The notes under the pieces were generated by a model. It was not told the origin of the DNA. It saw only the letters and a list, made by a program, of their open reading frames with translations, and made no database searches. From a virus, in IMG/VR virus record IMGVR_UViG_3300032285_003393, positions 1-64,000 of that record: a DNA stretch of 64,000 nt; one strand, given 5' to 3'. Shown in pieces: positions 53,977-64,000 of this stretch; position 1 is the first letter of the stretch, and every line of letters starts with the position of its first letter. A program made the position numbers and the translations under genes.

Positions 53977-54411
53977 CTACTCGTAGCAAATTGCAGTAAT
54001 ATGAACATATGCAGAGATTCCACCTTGTGGAATTGTGCTTGTTGTAATTGTATGAACATCAAAGCTCATAGCAAAAGATGTAGTATCAATACTTGTTAAT
54101 ATTGGAATCATTGGTCCAGGAGCACTTGAGCATTCTACAATAGCACTAACAACTGGTTTATTTTTAAATGAATTTGGTGGAACTACAAGATCCAGCGTCT
54201 CTTTTGCACCATTAATTGTAATTGGGACTGTTGTTTGAAAAACAGACATTGACTGGATAGTTCCAGTTCTTAAAAATGGAAATACAGACGCAGAAGCATA
54301 TTCTCTACCCTTATAATAATATTGCCCAGTATTCAAATACTGCTCAACTGTTGCAACCTTTGACTGGATAGAACTTATTGTTGTTGCATCTATAACTACG
54401 TTACTTGCCAT
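53977..54411 (-). CDS. putative tail-associated protein
   Basis: position; F...PVV.A motif. Confidence 0.55.
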   Translation of the reverse strand: MASNVVIDATTISSIQSKVATVEQYLNTGQYYYKGREYASASVFPFLRTGTIQSMSVFQTTVPITINGAKETLDLVVPPNSFKNKPVVSAIVECSSAPGPMIPILTSIDTTSFAMSFDVHTITTSTIPQGGISAYVHITAICYE

Positions 54412-54436
54412 TTTTCTCCTTTTTGTATATTATACA

Positions 54437-54628
54437 CTATGTTAAATTAGGGACTACAAATATATACCCTACAGACCAATCTGAGACAGCATTATTGTCC
54501 GCCCCGACAGCCTGTACCTGAACTACATAAGAAACTCCAGGTTTTAAATTTTGTAATGTTACAGCAGATGACGGGATTATTTTTCCGCTAGCGTCTACTC
54601 TGTTTTGTCCAGGAACTGAAAGTACCAT
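54437..54628 (-). CDS. Fn3-like small tail protein
   Basis: LQNLKPGVSY.VQV.AV....SDWS. Confidence 0.65.
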   Translation of the reverse strand: MVLSVPGQNRVDASGKIIPSSAVTLQNLKPGVSYVVQVQAVGADNNAVSDWSVGYIFVVPNLT

Positions 54629-56610
54629 TATGTCACCTGCAGATGATATTCAATGTCCATCTGCTGACCAGTATTTTTTATAATTGGATTAGTAAACAAA
54701 GATCTACTTGTAAGTTGATATTCTGGAGGCATAATAACAGTAGTAGAAGAAACAGCTTGGGCTGGAGCTGTTAATGTTGCAGAACCTGTAGTTGAATTAG
54801 AAACTACAAATGTATTTCTAGCTGTTATTGAATAAATGCTGAATGTTCCACTGTATCCTGTTCCAGTTCCGCCAGATACTCCTGAGATAGCAACATTATT
54901 TCCAGCAGCAAAGTTGTGAGATCCTGCAGTTGTATATGTTACAAAACCTGCTGATGGAGTTGATGGAGATACAGATGTTATAGAAAGAGTTCCTGCATAA
55001 GGATGTCCAGTCCAATAATCATTTGTTATTATTTTTAATGAATCTAAATAAATATACGATGGGCCACCAGTTAAAAGATTTATACTCATCTGATTAATTG
55101 TTATTCCATTAATTGGATAATTAGATGGCAGCGGGATTCTTGCAACATTTAAACCAATATTGGTTACTATTCCAGTTGCACTGCATACGAATGGAGAAGA
55201 AGAGTTGTTATTATCTGATAAGTTAATAGTTATAGAAGTGCTGTTAGAAGCAGTTGGAGAATAATATAGTAGCAATAAACTATCTGAAGATGAAAATTGT
55301 GTAGCATCAACAACAATATTATTTAATGTTACCGTATCTGTTGAATTTAATTTAATGTTGAATGCTCCATACGAACTTGGTTGAATAATAGATGTTGAAT
55401 TTAATGATAATGTACCAGCGTATCCATATTGAGTTGATCCAGTTGTATTTGATGTACCCATTGTAACAACAACCTGATAGTTACCATTTACCTGATAAAC
55501 AACACCTGAACCTGAAGGAGCTAAGGTGCTTCCTGTTGCTGCAACTGTACTATCTATATAAACGTTACTTCCAACTTTTAATCCCGCCGTATTACCAACA
55601 TTGAATACAACATTTGTTGTTCCTGTATACCATGTATATCCTGATTGTTGAGATAGAGAAGATCCATTAATCTGGGTTTGACCAACTACTGGAACTTGGG
55701 ACGATGTTGCTGTACTTGTCCATTGGCTCAAAGATGAATCTGTATTTGATTTTTCTGAGAACCCCGTAATATTTTTTATAGCAGCATTATTTGCTTGCTT
55801 TAAGTTAATTGGCAAAGCTCCTACTTCATATATTCTTGCAGAAAGATTTGGGTCTAGTGATGCTTTTAAAACTATTTCATTATTATAAATTGCATTACCC
55901 AGTTCGTCTGAGACTACAGAAAGAATTGCACTGTTTCCGCTAATTGATGTCAATGAAACATCTGTTGAAGTTTTAGAATATACAGCTTGATAAGCATATT
56001 TTTGAACAGCGGTTCCGCCTGAAACATAAGATCCCGTAGCTGAATTAACAACTGTAAATTGAGTTGTAGAAGCACTAGCTATAGTTCCAGTAATATTATA
56101 CTGAGTTGGATTTACTCCAGATACAATCACAGTCTCGCCTGCTACAAATGAATTATCTGCAGTAAACGTTACTGTTCCAGCAGTTTCTGAAATATTAGTA
56201 ATATTTGCTTGTAGTGCAGAGTATGATGTTAGATTGTAAGTTCCATTAAATGTTGAATCAACACCAGTGACTTGCACCTTATAGCTATTATTAAGAATAG
56301 GAGTTGTTATTGATTTAAATGACAAATATGCAATATTTGAAGATATCTTTTTATTTAACAAAGTATATCTAGGGCTCATCTTTACATATGATTTTAATGT
56401 AATTGGCATTCTATCAATTTCATAATACAGCTCTTTATCTGAAATAGATGGGGCAACTGCCATTGCACCAATTGCAATAGATCCCGCCCAGTCAATGCTT
56501 GACTTAACAAGATGTCTATTAATCAAATAGAAACCATTAGTTGTTATTAGGTTATCCCTTTCAGCAACTATCTCGCCATCTACCTTTATTACATATCTAC
56601 CTTTTATCAT
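54628..56610 (-). CDS. minor tail protein with repeated beta-barrel inserts
   Basis: NLITT.G N-terminus; S/T-rich; tail module position. Confidence 0.75.
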   Translation of the reverse strand: MIKGRYVIKVDGEIVAERDNLITTNGFYLINRHLVKSSIDWAGSIAIGAMAVAPSISDKELYYEIDRMPITLKSYVKMSPRYTLLNKKISSNIAYLSFKSITTPILNNSYKVQVTGVDSTFNGTYNLTSYSALQANITNISETAGTVTFTADNSFVAGETVIVSGVNPTQYNITGTIASASTTQFTVVNSATGSYVSGGTAVQKYAYQAVYSKTSTDVSLTSISGNSAILSVVSDELGNAIYNNEIVLKASLDPNLSARIYEVGALPINLKQANNAAIKNITGFSEKSNTDSSLSQWTSTATSSQVPVVGQTQINGSSLSQQSGYTWYTGTTNVVFNVGNTAGLKVGSNVYIDSTVAATGSTLAPSGSGVVYQVNGNYQVVVTMGTSNTTGSTQYGYAGTLSLNSTSIIQPSSYGAFNIKLNSTDTVTLNNIVVDATQFSSSDSLLLLYYSPTASNSTSITINLSDNNNSSSPFVCSATGIVTNIGLNVARIPLPSNYPINGITINQMSINLLTGGPSYIYLDSLKIITNDYWTGHPYAGTLSITSVSPSTPSAGFVTYTTAGSHNFAAGNNVAISGVSGGTGTGYSGTFSIYSITARNTFVVSNSTTGSATLTAPAQAVSSTTVIMPPEYQLTSRSLFTNPIIKNTGQQMDIEYHLQVT

Positions 56611-57476
56611 ATTGTCGCACTTATCCTATAGTTATATTTTATTGCACCATCAACAGAATCAAACTTTAAATCTGCTGAATAAACTGTTGATGAAAAATCA
56701 GTTGTTGACGTAGATGTTCCTATGTGTACACTTTCTGTAATAACAGATGGGTTAAAAGAATTTGGATCTATATATAGATTTTCTGGCGTATCAAGGGCAT
56801 ACACTGGAGCTGGAATTGCTGATGGAGGCTGTGGTGTATCTTGAGTATTAGTAATGATTGAACTATTTTCTTGAATTGATGCTGCTCCACCATTCCCAGC
56901 CATCAGATATGAACTTCCAGTATTTGTATCTATTACTGATGACCCACCCATGTTTGATGATACTAGTATATCACCTAAAGAATTATTTGAATTTAATAAT
57001 GCGGAACCCCACGGACCTGGGCCATAACCCACATCCCAATAAAGCTTCCATCCAGTTTGTGGATAGTACCTATAATGTTGATGAGGCCCAGGGGCTGTGG
57101 TTGGTTGTGGAGGAATCTGAGATATTCTCCAAGCCTGAAAATCTTGACTTGTTGGAACACGACCATATTTTGCTTTAAAAGCTGCACTATTGTGTGGGTC
57201 ATCTGGATTTACAGTACCAACATCTAATACACTGGTAGGGGCTGATACTGGCTGTGTATAACTTGAAACGTTAGTACTACTTGAAGAGGTAGTTTGAGTA
57301 GATGAAGATGTTCCACCATTTGATCCAGATGCTGCTAAAATACCAGATAGGGTTGTTGTATCAACAGTAGTCCCAGATAACTGAGCTGTTAAGTTTGGAT
57401 CTGAAAAAGCAGATACAGGATTATATGGTGTAGGAGTTCCGCCACCATCAACTAACATTGTTCCTGGAAGATACAT
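56607..57476 (-). CDS. minor tail protein, low complexity
   Basis: tail module position. Confidence 0.65.
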   Translation of the reverse strand: MYLPGTMLVDGGGTPTPYNPVSAFSDPNLTAQLSGTTVDTTTLSGILAASGSNGGTSSSTQTTSSSSTNVSSYTQPVSAPTSVLDVGTVNPDDPHNSAAFKAKYGRVPTSQDFQAWRISQIPPQPTTAPGPHQHYRYYPQTGWKLYWDVGYGPGPWGSALLNSNNSLGDILVSSNMGGSSVIDTNTGSSYLMAGNGGAASIQENSSIITNTQDTPQPPSAIPAPVYALDTPENLYIDPNSFNPSVITESVHIGTSTSTTDFSSTVYSADLKFDSVDGAIKYNYRISATI

Positions 57477-57509
57477 TAGACTCCCTCCTTCATCTTACTA
57501 TTATACCAT

Positions 57510-60500
57510 TTATTCAAAAATCATGGGTTTTAAAACTAAGTGTGTGGTAAGACCTTCATTAGATGTTTGACTTATTGATTTAACAAAATAATAAGCAGTT
57601 TTTTGAGTTCCTATACGCTTTAAAGTATATGTAAACTTACAAAAATCTCCAAGTTGCACTAGTGGATTTCCAAAGACTTGAATGGATATTTCTTTATGGA
57701 ACCCGTTTAAAAGTGCTGCAGAATCAAGAAGAATTCTATAGGCATCTGCTTCTCCTTGAATCCAGTCTGTAGTCATTTGAACAGAAGTATTAGCATATCT
57801 TTTATCAATAACCTTTTGTATTGTCACTGGGTTTGTTAAAAATTGATAATTAGACTGTATCTGTAATGGAAATACTGTTAAGTTCCCCACGCTGTCGCCT
57901 GGGGCTTTTAGCCACAATAATTCATTATGGTTGTTTGAAACTACGAATCTTGATCTAAACGGGGTGACAGCCAAATTAGAATATGACCCATTCCATGCAT
58001 CTACTCTTTGTAGAATTAAATTAGTTAAATTATCTTTAGTTGTAGCAACTCCATAATAAATTTTTTCTATGGTTGCAGTAGTTGGAAGAATAGGAGATAA
58101 AGAATGCTTTACGTCATAGAACTTGATGCCACGAATTTGAGGTTTTGCTTGCCATAAATAATGATCAACAAAATTTGGTAGCCCATGAACAAGATTGTCT
58201 AGGAATGTCTCTGAATTAAAATGATATCTTGGAAGATAATTAAAATCTGCTTTATTATTTAATTTGTCAATTACTGGAAAATTAGAAGCATAAATTTCAG
58301 TAAATTTGACAGAAGCTGTTCCAGCTGCTTTACATTGTACAAATGCTCCAAAATTGGATGAAGTATTTGGAATTAAGCTTGATAGGTTATTTGACAATTG
58401 CAATTTTGCAATTTCTCTTCCATCAATATAAATATATAAAAATGGGTTTGACATGTAGACTGAAATTCTATGATTGTATCCATCAAATAAATCCATTACA
58501 ACTGTTTGGCTATATGTCTTTACAGTTTTATTTATACCATTATCAGAAATATACTTTTGAGCAGTTCCGCCTGGGCTTCCAGATGTTAATTCAATTAATG
58601 TGTTATTCTTACCGTATCTAGAAAATGTCAGGAACTGGGCTGCAGTAGTATCCCCATTGACAACATTAAAGAAAAGACCAGCTTTTGTTTGCCCCGCATG
58701 TCTGTAAGTTGAATTAAACTGAACTGCAAAATAATTATAATGCTTAGAAAGTTCATTTGGAGATAATAGTGTTGAACTATTTATTGTAGAATTTGAAACT
58801 TTGCTTGTGCCATATGTGAATGCCACTCCATCTCCAAGGGTAGATAATGACACTGAAGATGCTCCGCTTGACATCTTGCCAGACAAAAAGTATCCTGATG
58901 GATTAATTGTTCCAGGGATTTCGCTTGTTCCTCCAGCTGCACTGTCATAAATATTATGATCTTTTATTGGAGTATTGTATTTTCCTCTCATAACACCCAC
59001 AGCTTTGCCAGTAGGATAATATCTTATCTCATCAAAAGATTTGCCTAGGGAACTGACGTAGTCTTTTATCTCTTTCACTGCATTGTCAATATCAGAAGGC
59101 ATAGTAATAATTTTATTGATAGTTAAGTTTAGATTATTACTTGGAAAAAATGTATATTCAAGTCCTTCATAAGATATAATCTCTGAGCCTACAAATACAT
59201 CTCCATGGTTATTTCCGATGGTAGTTGCCATATTCAAAATAATTGATGGATCAAAATTAAAATAGTTTTGATAAGAGTTCATTGATTTAGATATTTGTGT
59301 ACATGGCAAGGCTGACTCTGTATCTTCTTGCCAGACAGTCTTTACAGAATCTTTTTTCTTTGATATAAGACCAACTTGAGAATTTAAATCTGAAACATAA
59401 TCACTATATAAAGTATTAGGCATTCTATAACTAATAACTACTTTTCCGACCTTTGGACCAATATTTTCATTAAATGTCCCTGGAATAATATTTGCAGTAT
59501 AACTTATTCCATCTATAGTTTCTGCTCTATCTCCTACAAAAAAGTCTGGAATAAAAGTTGAAGAATTAAATTTATTCATAATTGATTTAAGGCTTATAAA
59601 ATTCAATATCCCATATTCATCAAAAAATCCTGAAATCTGATGAGATATAAATAGACTTTGTAAAATATCAAAAAGTGTTATTGTTTCGTCACACCAGAAA
59701 TAATTAATTTTTGCTTTTTGATCTACAGCCTCAGCTAGGCTATCATAGTTATAATCGCTGAATCCAGAGATGTTTAATAGATCTGTTATGATTTCTAAAA
59801 GCCCCGCATTTGTAGCAGAATACTGAGGTGCTGTCATTGCCATCATTAGATATTTTGCCTGATCAAAGCCATTGATAGCAACTGAATCAATATCATTAAT
59901 GTCCCATGAGTCTGAATAAAATACTCCTGAAGGAATCTTGTCTGAAAATGAATTTAATGGAGATGAATAAAAACATGAGAACTTTACTCCCTGTCTCATT
60001 AAATTATAAAACGTAGCTTCTGTTGAATCGTTTTCAAAAATAGTAAAGGGAAGTCCATTATAGTATACTGGGATATTACTTACTGATAAGTTTAAGTTAT
60101 TAGAACTTATATAGCCAATTGGGAAAGAATTATCTGATCCTTGAGAAACTTCTTTATTAATTGTTTTATTAAGCAACAAAGGAGAAATATCAATTTCTAA
60201 TCTAGGAGATATCTCAACTATGCCGAATGTTGTTGCAGATAAACTATTTTGAGTTTCAATATATACATTATCGGTATTAGGGGTTATACCAGTTATTTGA
60301 AGCTTTATTCCTTTTATTGCTACATATAAGTTTGAACCAGAGTAGGTTTGAATTTGTCCATTTTGGTTTAGCTGTGGGGGAGCTCCCCATTGTGTTTGAG
60401 ACCAGGAAGATCCATTATAATACAATACAGCAGTCCCGTCATTTCCAAAAGTTAAATTAGAAATTATTGTAGTATCGCCCGAAGATGTGGTTATTATTAC

Positions 60501-61898
60501 TGAATTACCAGTAGCCTTTGAATAGAACTTGTCCATCTTCAAAACTATTTTATTTATTTTAAGATAGGTATCATAGTAGGATTGAATTCCTGTTGTTGTT
60601 AAACCTGGTTGAGAAACATAATATTTAAAATTATCATATATAGATGGAAGATATTGTTTAAATGGATATGCATTCTGAACAATAATTTCAGGATTTTGAG
60701 TATAAAAAGAACAAGGTCTTTCAACTTGATTCCATGATCCATAATTAACATATCTTGATTGATCTGTAGAAGGCAATAATGGATTTAATAAAGATTCGCC
60801 TGGACGTGCTGGATTAAAAACAGAATCTGTTGGATAGTAAGAGTTAAATAAACAATCATATTCGGTTACTTCATAAATTTGAAAATTGTCAGCATAAAAA
60901 TCATACCCTTGATATTCCGCATAAGAGTTTAATGTTATCTGAATATTATTAAATGAATTAGTAGCAGAAGATGTTCCAAACCAAACCTCCACCTTTTTCC
61001 AGCTAGACGGGTCTACTAGTGCTGTTCCTGATGGCACATAGTTTTCAGAATTTGCATCGTCAAAAATTTTTGTAAAGTAAAAGGCATTTTTTAATGTTGC
61101 ACCACTATAGCATTTTACCTCTGGACTGATATATACTTTATTAGTAAAGTTTGCAGAAGGATATTTGTTATTATTTTGTCCAGTAACTATATTATCTGTA
61201 AAAGTAACAATATTTCCTGTACTAGCAACAGTAGTTAAATAGATTGGATTATTATCATTTTGTATACTTGATCTGTATATCTCGTATCCAGATGCTCCCG
61301 TTGAAGTTGCTATGTCTAATATTACCTGTGAATTTGAAAGATTAGAAAATGTTATTTGATCTGTAAAACCTGAATAGTCTAGACCATAGGATTCCCCGTC
61401 CGAACCAACAGTTACAACTCTATAATACCAAGTAGTAGTTCCTGTTGGAGATCCAGGGTGTAGGGCTACTGGAGTGCCAGTGTAGTCACCAATTGATATA
61501 GGAGTCCCGTATGTTTGAATAGTTTTTGATTTTAAATAAAAAACAGCTTTGTAGTATTTGCTGCTTGGAGTTGAGGCTACAGTAATTGAAGCAGAAGTTA
61601 TTTTGTCTCCATTGCCTATAACATGAAACTGGGGACAAGTTGCAGATGGTCTAACATCAGTAATTCTTCCTGCTGCTGTTGATACGGTAGAACTATTTAA
61701 AGATGTCCATGAACCACTTTGAGATAAGTTAAGTGATGGATTTAAAGAAGATAATAAATCTCCACTTGTTGATGAAGCAGTAACAGATGGAGAATAGAAA
61801 GTATTATAGTTCCATTCTGCATATACATTTGGAATAAGATTGATTGCTGAAGATGAAGCAAAGACTTGCTTTGCATTAGTATCGGTTACATTTAGCAT
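57510..61898 (-). CDS. large minor tail (hub/central fibre) protein
   Basis: FFDEYG.L.F; C-terminal FGNPLVQLGD; follows the Dit-like gene. Confidence 0.8.
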   Translation of the reverse strand: MLNVTDTNAKQVFASSSAINLIPNVYAEWNYNTFYSPSVTASSTSGDLLSSLNPSLNLSQSGSWTSLNSSTVSTAAGRITDVRPSATCPQFHVIGNGDKITSASITVASTPSSKYYKAVFYLKSKTIQTYGTPISIGDYTGTPVALHPGSPTGTTTWYYRVVTVGSDGESYGLDYSGFTDQITFSNLSNSQVILDIATSTGASGYEIYRSSIQNDNNPIYLTTVASTGNIVTFTDNIVTGQNNNKYPSANFTNKVYISPEVKCYSGATLKNAFYFTKIFDDANSENYVPSGTALVDPSSWKKVEVWFGTSSATNSFNNIQITLNSYAEYQGYDFYADNFQIYEVTEYDCLFNSYYPTDSVFNPARPGESLLNPLLPSTDQSRYVNYGSWNQVERPCSFYTQNPEIIVQNAYPFKQYLPSIYDNFKYYVSQPGLTTTGIQSYYDTYLKINKIVLKMDKFYSKATGNSVIITTSSGDTTIISNLTFGNDGTAVLYYNGSSWSQTQWGAPPQLNQNGQIQTYSGSNLYVAIKGIKLQITGITPNTDNVYIETQNSLSATTFGIVEISPRLEIDISPLLLNKTINKEVSQGSDNSFPIGYISSNNLNLSVSNIPVYYNGLPFTIFENDSTEATFYNLMRQGVKFSCFYSSPLNSFSDKIPSGVFYSDSWDINDIDSVAINGFDQAKYLMMAMTAPQYSATNAGLLEIITDLLNISGFSDYNYDSLAEAVDQKAKINYFWCDETITLFDILQSLFISHQISGFFDEYGILNFISLKSIMNKFNSSTFIPDFFVGDRAETIDGISYTANIIPGTFNENIGPKVGKVVISYRMPNTLYSDYVSDLNSQVGLISKKKDSVKTVWQEDTESALPCTQISKSMNSYQNYFNFDPSIILNMATTIGNNHGDVFVGSEIISYEGLEYTFFPSNNLNLTINKIITMPSDIDNAVKEIKDYVSSLGKSFDEIRYYPTGKAVGVMRGKYNTPIKDHNIYDSAAGGTSEIPGTINPSGYFLSGKMSSGASSVSLSTLGDGVAFTYGTSKVSNSTINSSTLLSPNELSKHYNYFAVQFNSTYRHAGQTKAGLFFNVVNGDTTAAQFLTFSRYGKNNTLIELTSGSPGGTAQKYISDNGINKTVKTYSQTVVMDLFDGYNHRISVYMSNPFLYIYIDGREIAKLQLSNNLSSLIPNTSSNFGAFVQCKAAGTASVKFTEIYASNFPVIDKLNNKADFNYLPRYHFNSETFLDNLVHGLPNFVDHYLWQAKPQIRGIKFYDVKHSLSPILPTTATIEKIYYGVATTKDNLTNLILQRVDAWNGSYSNLAVTPFRSRFVVSNNHNELLWLKAPGDSVGNLTVFPLQIQSNYQFLTNPVTIQKVIDKRYANTSVQMTTDWIQGEADAYRILLDSAALLNGFHKEISIQVFGNPLVQLGDFCKFTYTLKRIGTQKTAYYFVKSISQTSNEGLTTHLVLKPMIFE

Positions 61899-62650
61899 TA
61901 AATCTCCGTGAATTGCATTGAAACATTAACATAATCAGTTAAGGTAAAACGTTTTACAACTTCATACTGGAAATTAGTAATAAAAGCTGTATACAATTCT
62001 GTTCCCTTTCTAGGTGTTGCCGTTTTAGTTGTCCCGCTTGGAGTTGCTATGCTTATATTAGAAACTGCAAATTGTGTTGAAGTTACAGCATTAACTATGT
62101 AACTTCCATTATACTCTACTGGAAATATTCCTGCGATGTCTACAACTTGCCCAGCCGATAATCCATGTGCTGAACTTGTTGTATATGTTACTGATCCAGT
62201 TGTAGGGGTAGATAAAGAATACCCTGGAGTTATTGTAGAAATAGTTAAAGGGGTTAATGATGTACCAGATTGAGATGAAGAAAAGTTTCCAGATGCTACT
62301 GTATCTGTTGAATTAATTACTCTCACATATATAGGTTGAAAAACATACTTATTGTAAAATGCTTTCATAAAACCTGCTCCATAATTTCCATCTGTAGTTG
62401 GAGCAAATGGACCTGTTGATCCTCCTCCTGTATAAAGAGTAGATGATGCTGCTGGAATATATTTCCAGGAGACATCTATAACATTCTTACTGGCAATAAC
62501 AAATTTTCTCATAGTTCCGTTTGCCATTCTTTGAGATTGTTCAATTCTCATAGGGTTACTATTGATAGCATCTCTATTGTCATCTGTTAACTTATACCAA
62601 GTGCTGTTATCTGGAGAAATCCAAATTCCTGAGTCTATTGAACGTGCCAT
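61898..62650 (-). CDS. distal-tail-like protein with inserted domain
   Basis: RMANGTMRKF motif; directly after the tape measure gene. Confidence 0.7.
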   Translation of the reverse strand: MARSIDSGIWISPDNSTWYKLTDDNRDAINSNPMRIEQSQRMANGTMRKFVIASKNVIDVSWKYIPAASSTLYTGGGSTGPFAPTTDGNYGAGFMKAFYNKYVFQPIYVRVINSTDTVASGNFSSSQSGTSLTPLTISTITPGYSLSTPTTGSVTYTTSSAHGLSAGQVVDIAGIFPVEYNGSYIVNAVTSTQFAVSNISIATPSGTTKTATPRKGTELYTAFITNFQYEVVKRFTLTDYVNVSMQFTEI

Positions 62651-63999
62651 TATACTGTTCTCCTAGTTTGCTGCTTACTAGCAGCTTGATTAAGTTTTGT
62701 AAGTACCAAATTAGCAATATGATTAGAATCTGATCCTTGTGGTGGGAATAGATTTATAACATTTCCACCGACTGAAGTTGAACTATTTACTGCATCTGAA
62801 ATTGATGCTGTTGCAAATGAACCTAGAGATGATGGAACTTTATATGTCTTATTATTTATAGCATCCATAAATGCTGTACCATATTTAGTCACCGAACCTG
62901 CATTAACAACGTATTCTCCATTTGAAAGCATTGCTGGAATTGAATCAGATGTTCCTGTTCCAGCTCCAATTAGCAATCCAGTAGCTGCGTGAATAATTCC
63001 GCCCCTTGCTTTTTTAACAGGGTCAGGAGCTACTACAGTAGTTGATACAGCAACACTTAAGTGGGCTATAGTTACTGGACCAACAATTGTAGAGTTATTT
63101 GCAGCAATTGAACTGCTACCCTTAACAGTAGTATTTGAAGCACCAGTATTTGTTACTGTATGATGTCCTGTATTTGAAACTGTATGATTTCCAGAATTGG
63201 TTGTTTTGTGAGCTCCACTATTTGTTGTTGTATGTGCTCCAGAGTTTGTAGTCTTATGTGCTCCAGAGTTTGTTGTTGTGTGTGCTCCACTATTAGTAGT
63301 CTTGTGAGATCCAGAGTTTGTTGTTGTATGACTTCCTGTATTTGTAGTTGTGTGATTTCCACTATTTGTAGTTTTATGGTTTCCTGCATTAGTGTTTGTT
63401 TGCTCTCCAGTGCTTTTGTTATCTATTTTTCCAGAGTTTGTATTTTCTACTTTACCTTTATTTTCAACTTTTGTTGTTTTTGTAGAATTTCCTTTACCAC
63501 CACTTAATAATAATCCTAATAGTTGACCAGCTAAATCTGTTCCAAATCCCCATGCTCCTCCAGACAAAGCACCTGCAGTAGTTCCTGCTCCAGGAACTAC
63601 TGATCCTACTACAGCTCCTGCTCCTGCTGAAATTGCTGTTGATTTACCAAGTTCTGTAGCACTAAATTTACCAGTTTTCTGTGCATTTTGAAAAGCATCC
63701 CAAGTACTCAGTGCTGCTCCTACTGGACCAAGGACTTTAGTTGTTTTAGCAACTACTTTTCCAACTGTTCCTTTTGCAACTTTTTTAAGAATACTTGTTG
63801 GTTTTGATAATACTTTTTTAGCTGCTGTAATAGGAGCCGAAATCTTTTTAAGAATTCCTTTGCCAGTGTCAAATATTGATTCTAGTGCTGCAGGAACTTT
63901 AATTTCAGGCCACTTTAATTTACCAAACCATTCTTTAAGTCCTACAAGCCATTTTGGTTCTGTAAACTCAGGCCACTTAAATCCTTCTAACCACTTAGG
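62650..63999 (-). CDS. tape measure protein, C-terminal part (5' end outside the window)
   Basis: frame open to window end; GAGTGTSDSIPAMLSNGEYVVNA; W/F-periodic repeats. Confidence 0.85.
   Translation of the reverse strand, partial: PKWLEGFKWPEFTEPKWLVGLKEWFGKLKWPEIKVPAALESIFDTGKGILKKISAPITAAKKVLSKPTSILKKVAKGTVGKVVAKTTKVLGPVGAALSTWDAFQNAQKTGKFSATELGKSTAISAGAGAVVGSVVPGAGTTAGALSGGAWGFGTDLAGQLLGLLLSGGKGNSTKTTKVENKGKVENTNSGKIDNKSTGEQTNTNAGNHKTTNSGNHTTTNTGSHTTTNSGSHKTTNSGAHTTTNSGAHKTTNSGAHTTTNSGAHKTTNSGNHTVSNTGHHTVTNTGASNTTVKGSSSIAANNSTIVGPVTIAHLSVAVSTTVVAPDPVKKARGGIIHAATGLLIGAGTGTSDSIPAMLSNGEYVVNAGSVTKYGTAFMDAINNKTYKVPSSLGSFATASISDAVNSSTSVGGNVINLFPPQGSDSNHIANLVLTKLNQAASKQQTRRTV
63130..63470 (-). 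repeat. 24-bp (octapeptide N(S/T)GxH(T/K)TT) tandem repeat in the tape measure gene
   Basis: about 10 well-conserved units plus degenerate flanks. Confidence 0.85.
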
Positions 64000-64000
64000 C

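Overview
A 64 kb AT-rich segment of a large tailed dsDNA bacteriophage. The host is most likely actinobacterial, judged from WhiB, an Lsr2-like protein, an MSMEG_6728-type glycosylase, DUF932, GP88 and many leaderless genes. The gene order resembles large Streptomyces and freshwater actinophages. Bases 1-14.7 kb (+ strand) are an early or host-takeover region of short, mostly acidic ORFs separated by a repeated regulatory cassette. The cassette contains a hairpin, CTGCGCCCCG, GGCGTGTCG (a WhiA-type GACAC box), TTACGA, TGTGA-N6-TCACA (the CRP/GlxR consensus) and a promoter TGTCRG-N10-TAnnnT. That promoter occurs 17 times and matches the actinobacterial PafBC-dependent (RecA-NDp) DNA-damage promoter. 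This is the main candidate novel system: phage early genes wired to, or titrating, host global regulators. Bases 14.7-15.5 kb are a non-coding strand switch holding a candidate sRNA and a DnaA-box cluster. Bases 15.5-64 kb (- strand) carry nucleotide and stress genes (thyX, HAD phosphatase, groES, HslV-like protease, thioredoxin, whiB, dps, hsp20) and a tRNA array that includes tRNA-Ile(UAU) and a D-arm-less tRNA-like RNA. They also carry an amidase endolysin, terminase, an rmlBC/glycosyltransferase/methyltransferase cluster, RuvC, Cas4-like nuclease, RecA, DnaE, SSB, primase, DnaB, tail genes and the 3' end of the tape measure gene. All calls come from motif recognition by eye; no database searches were run.
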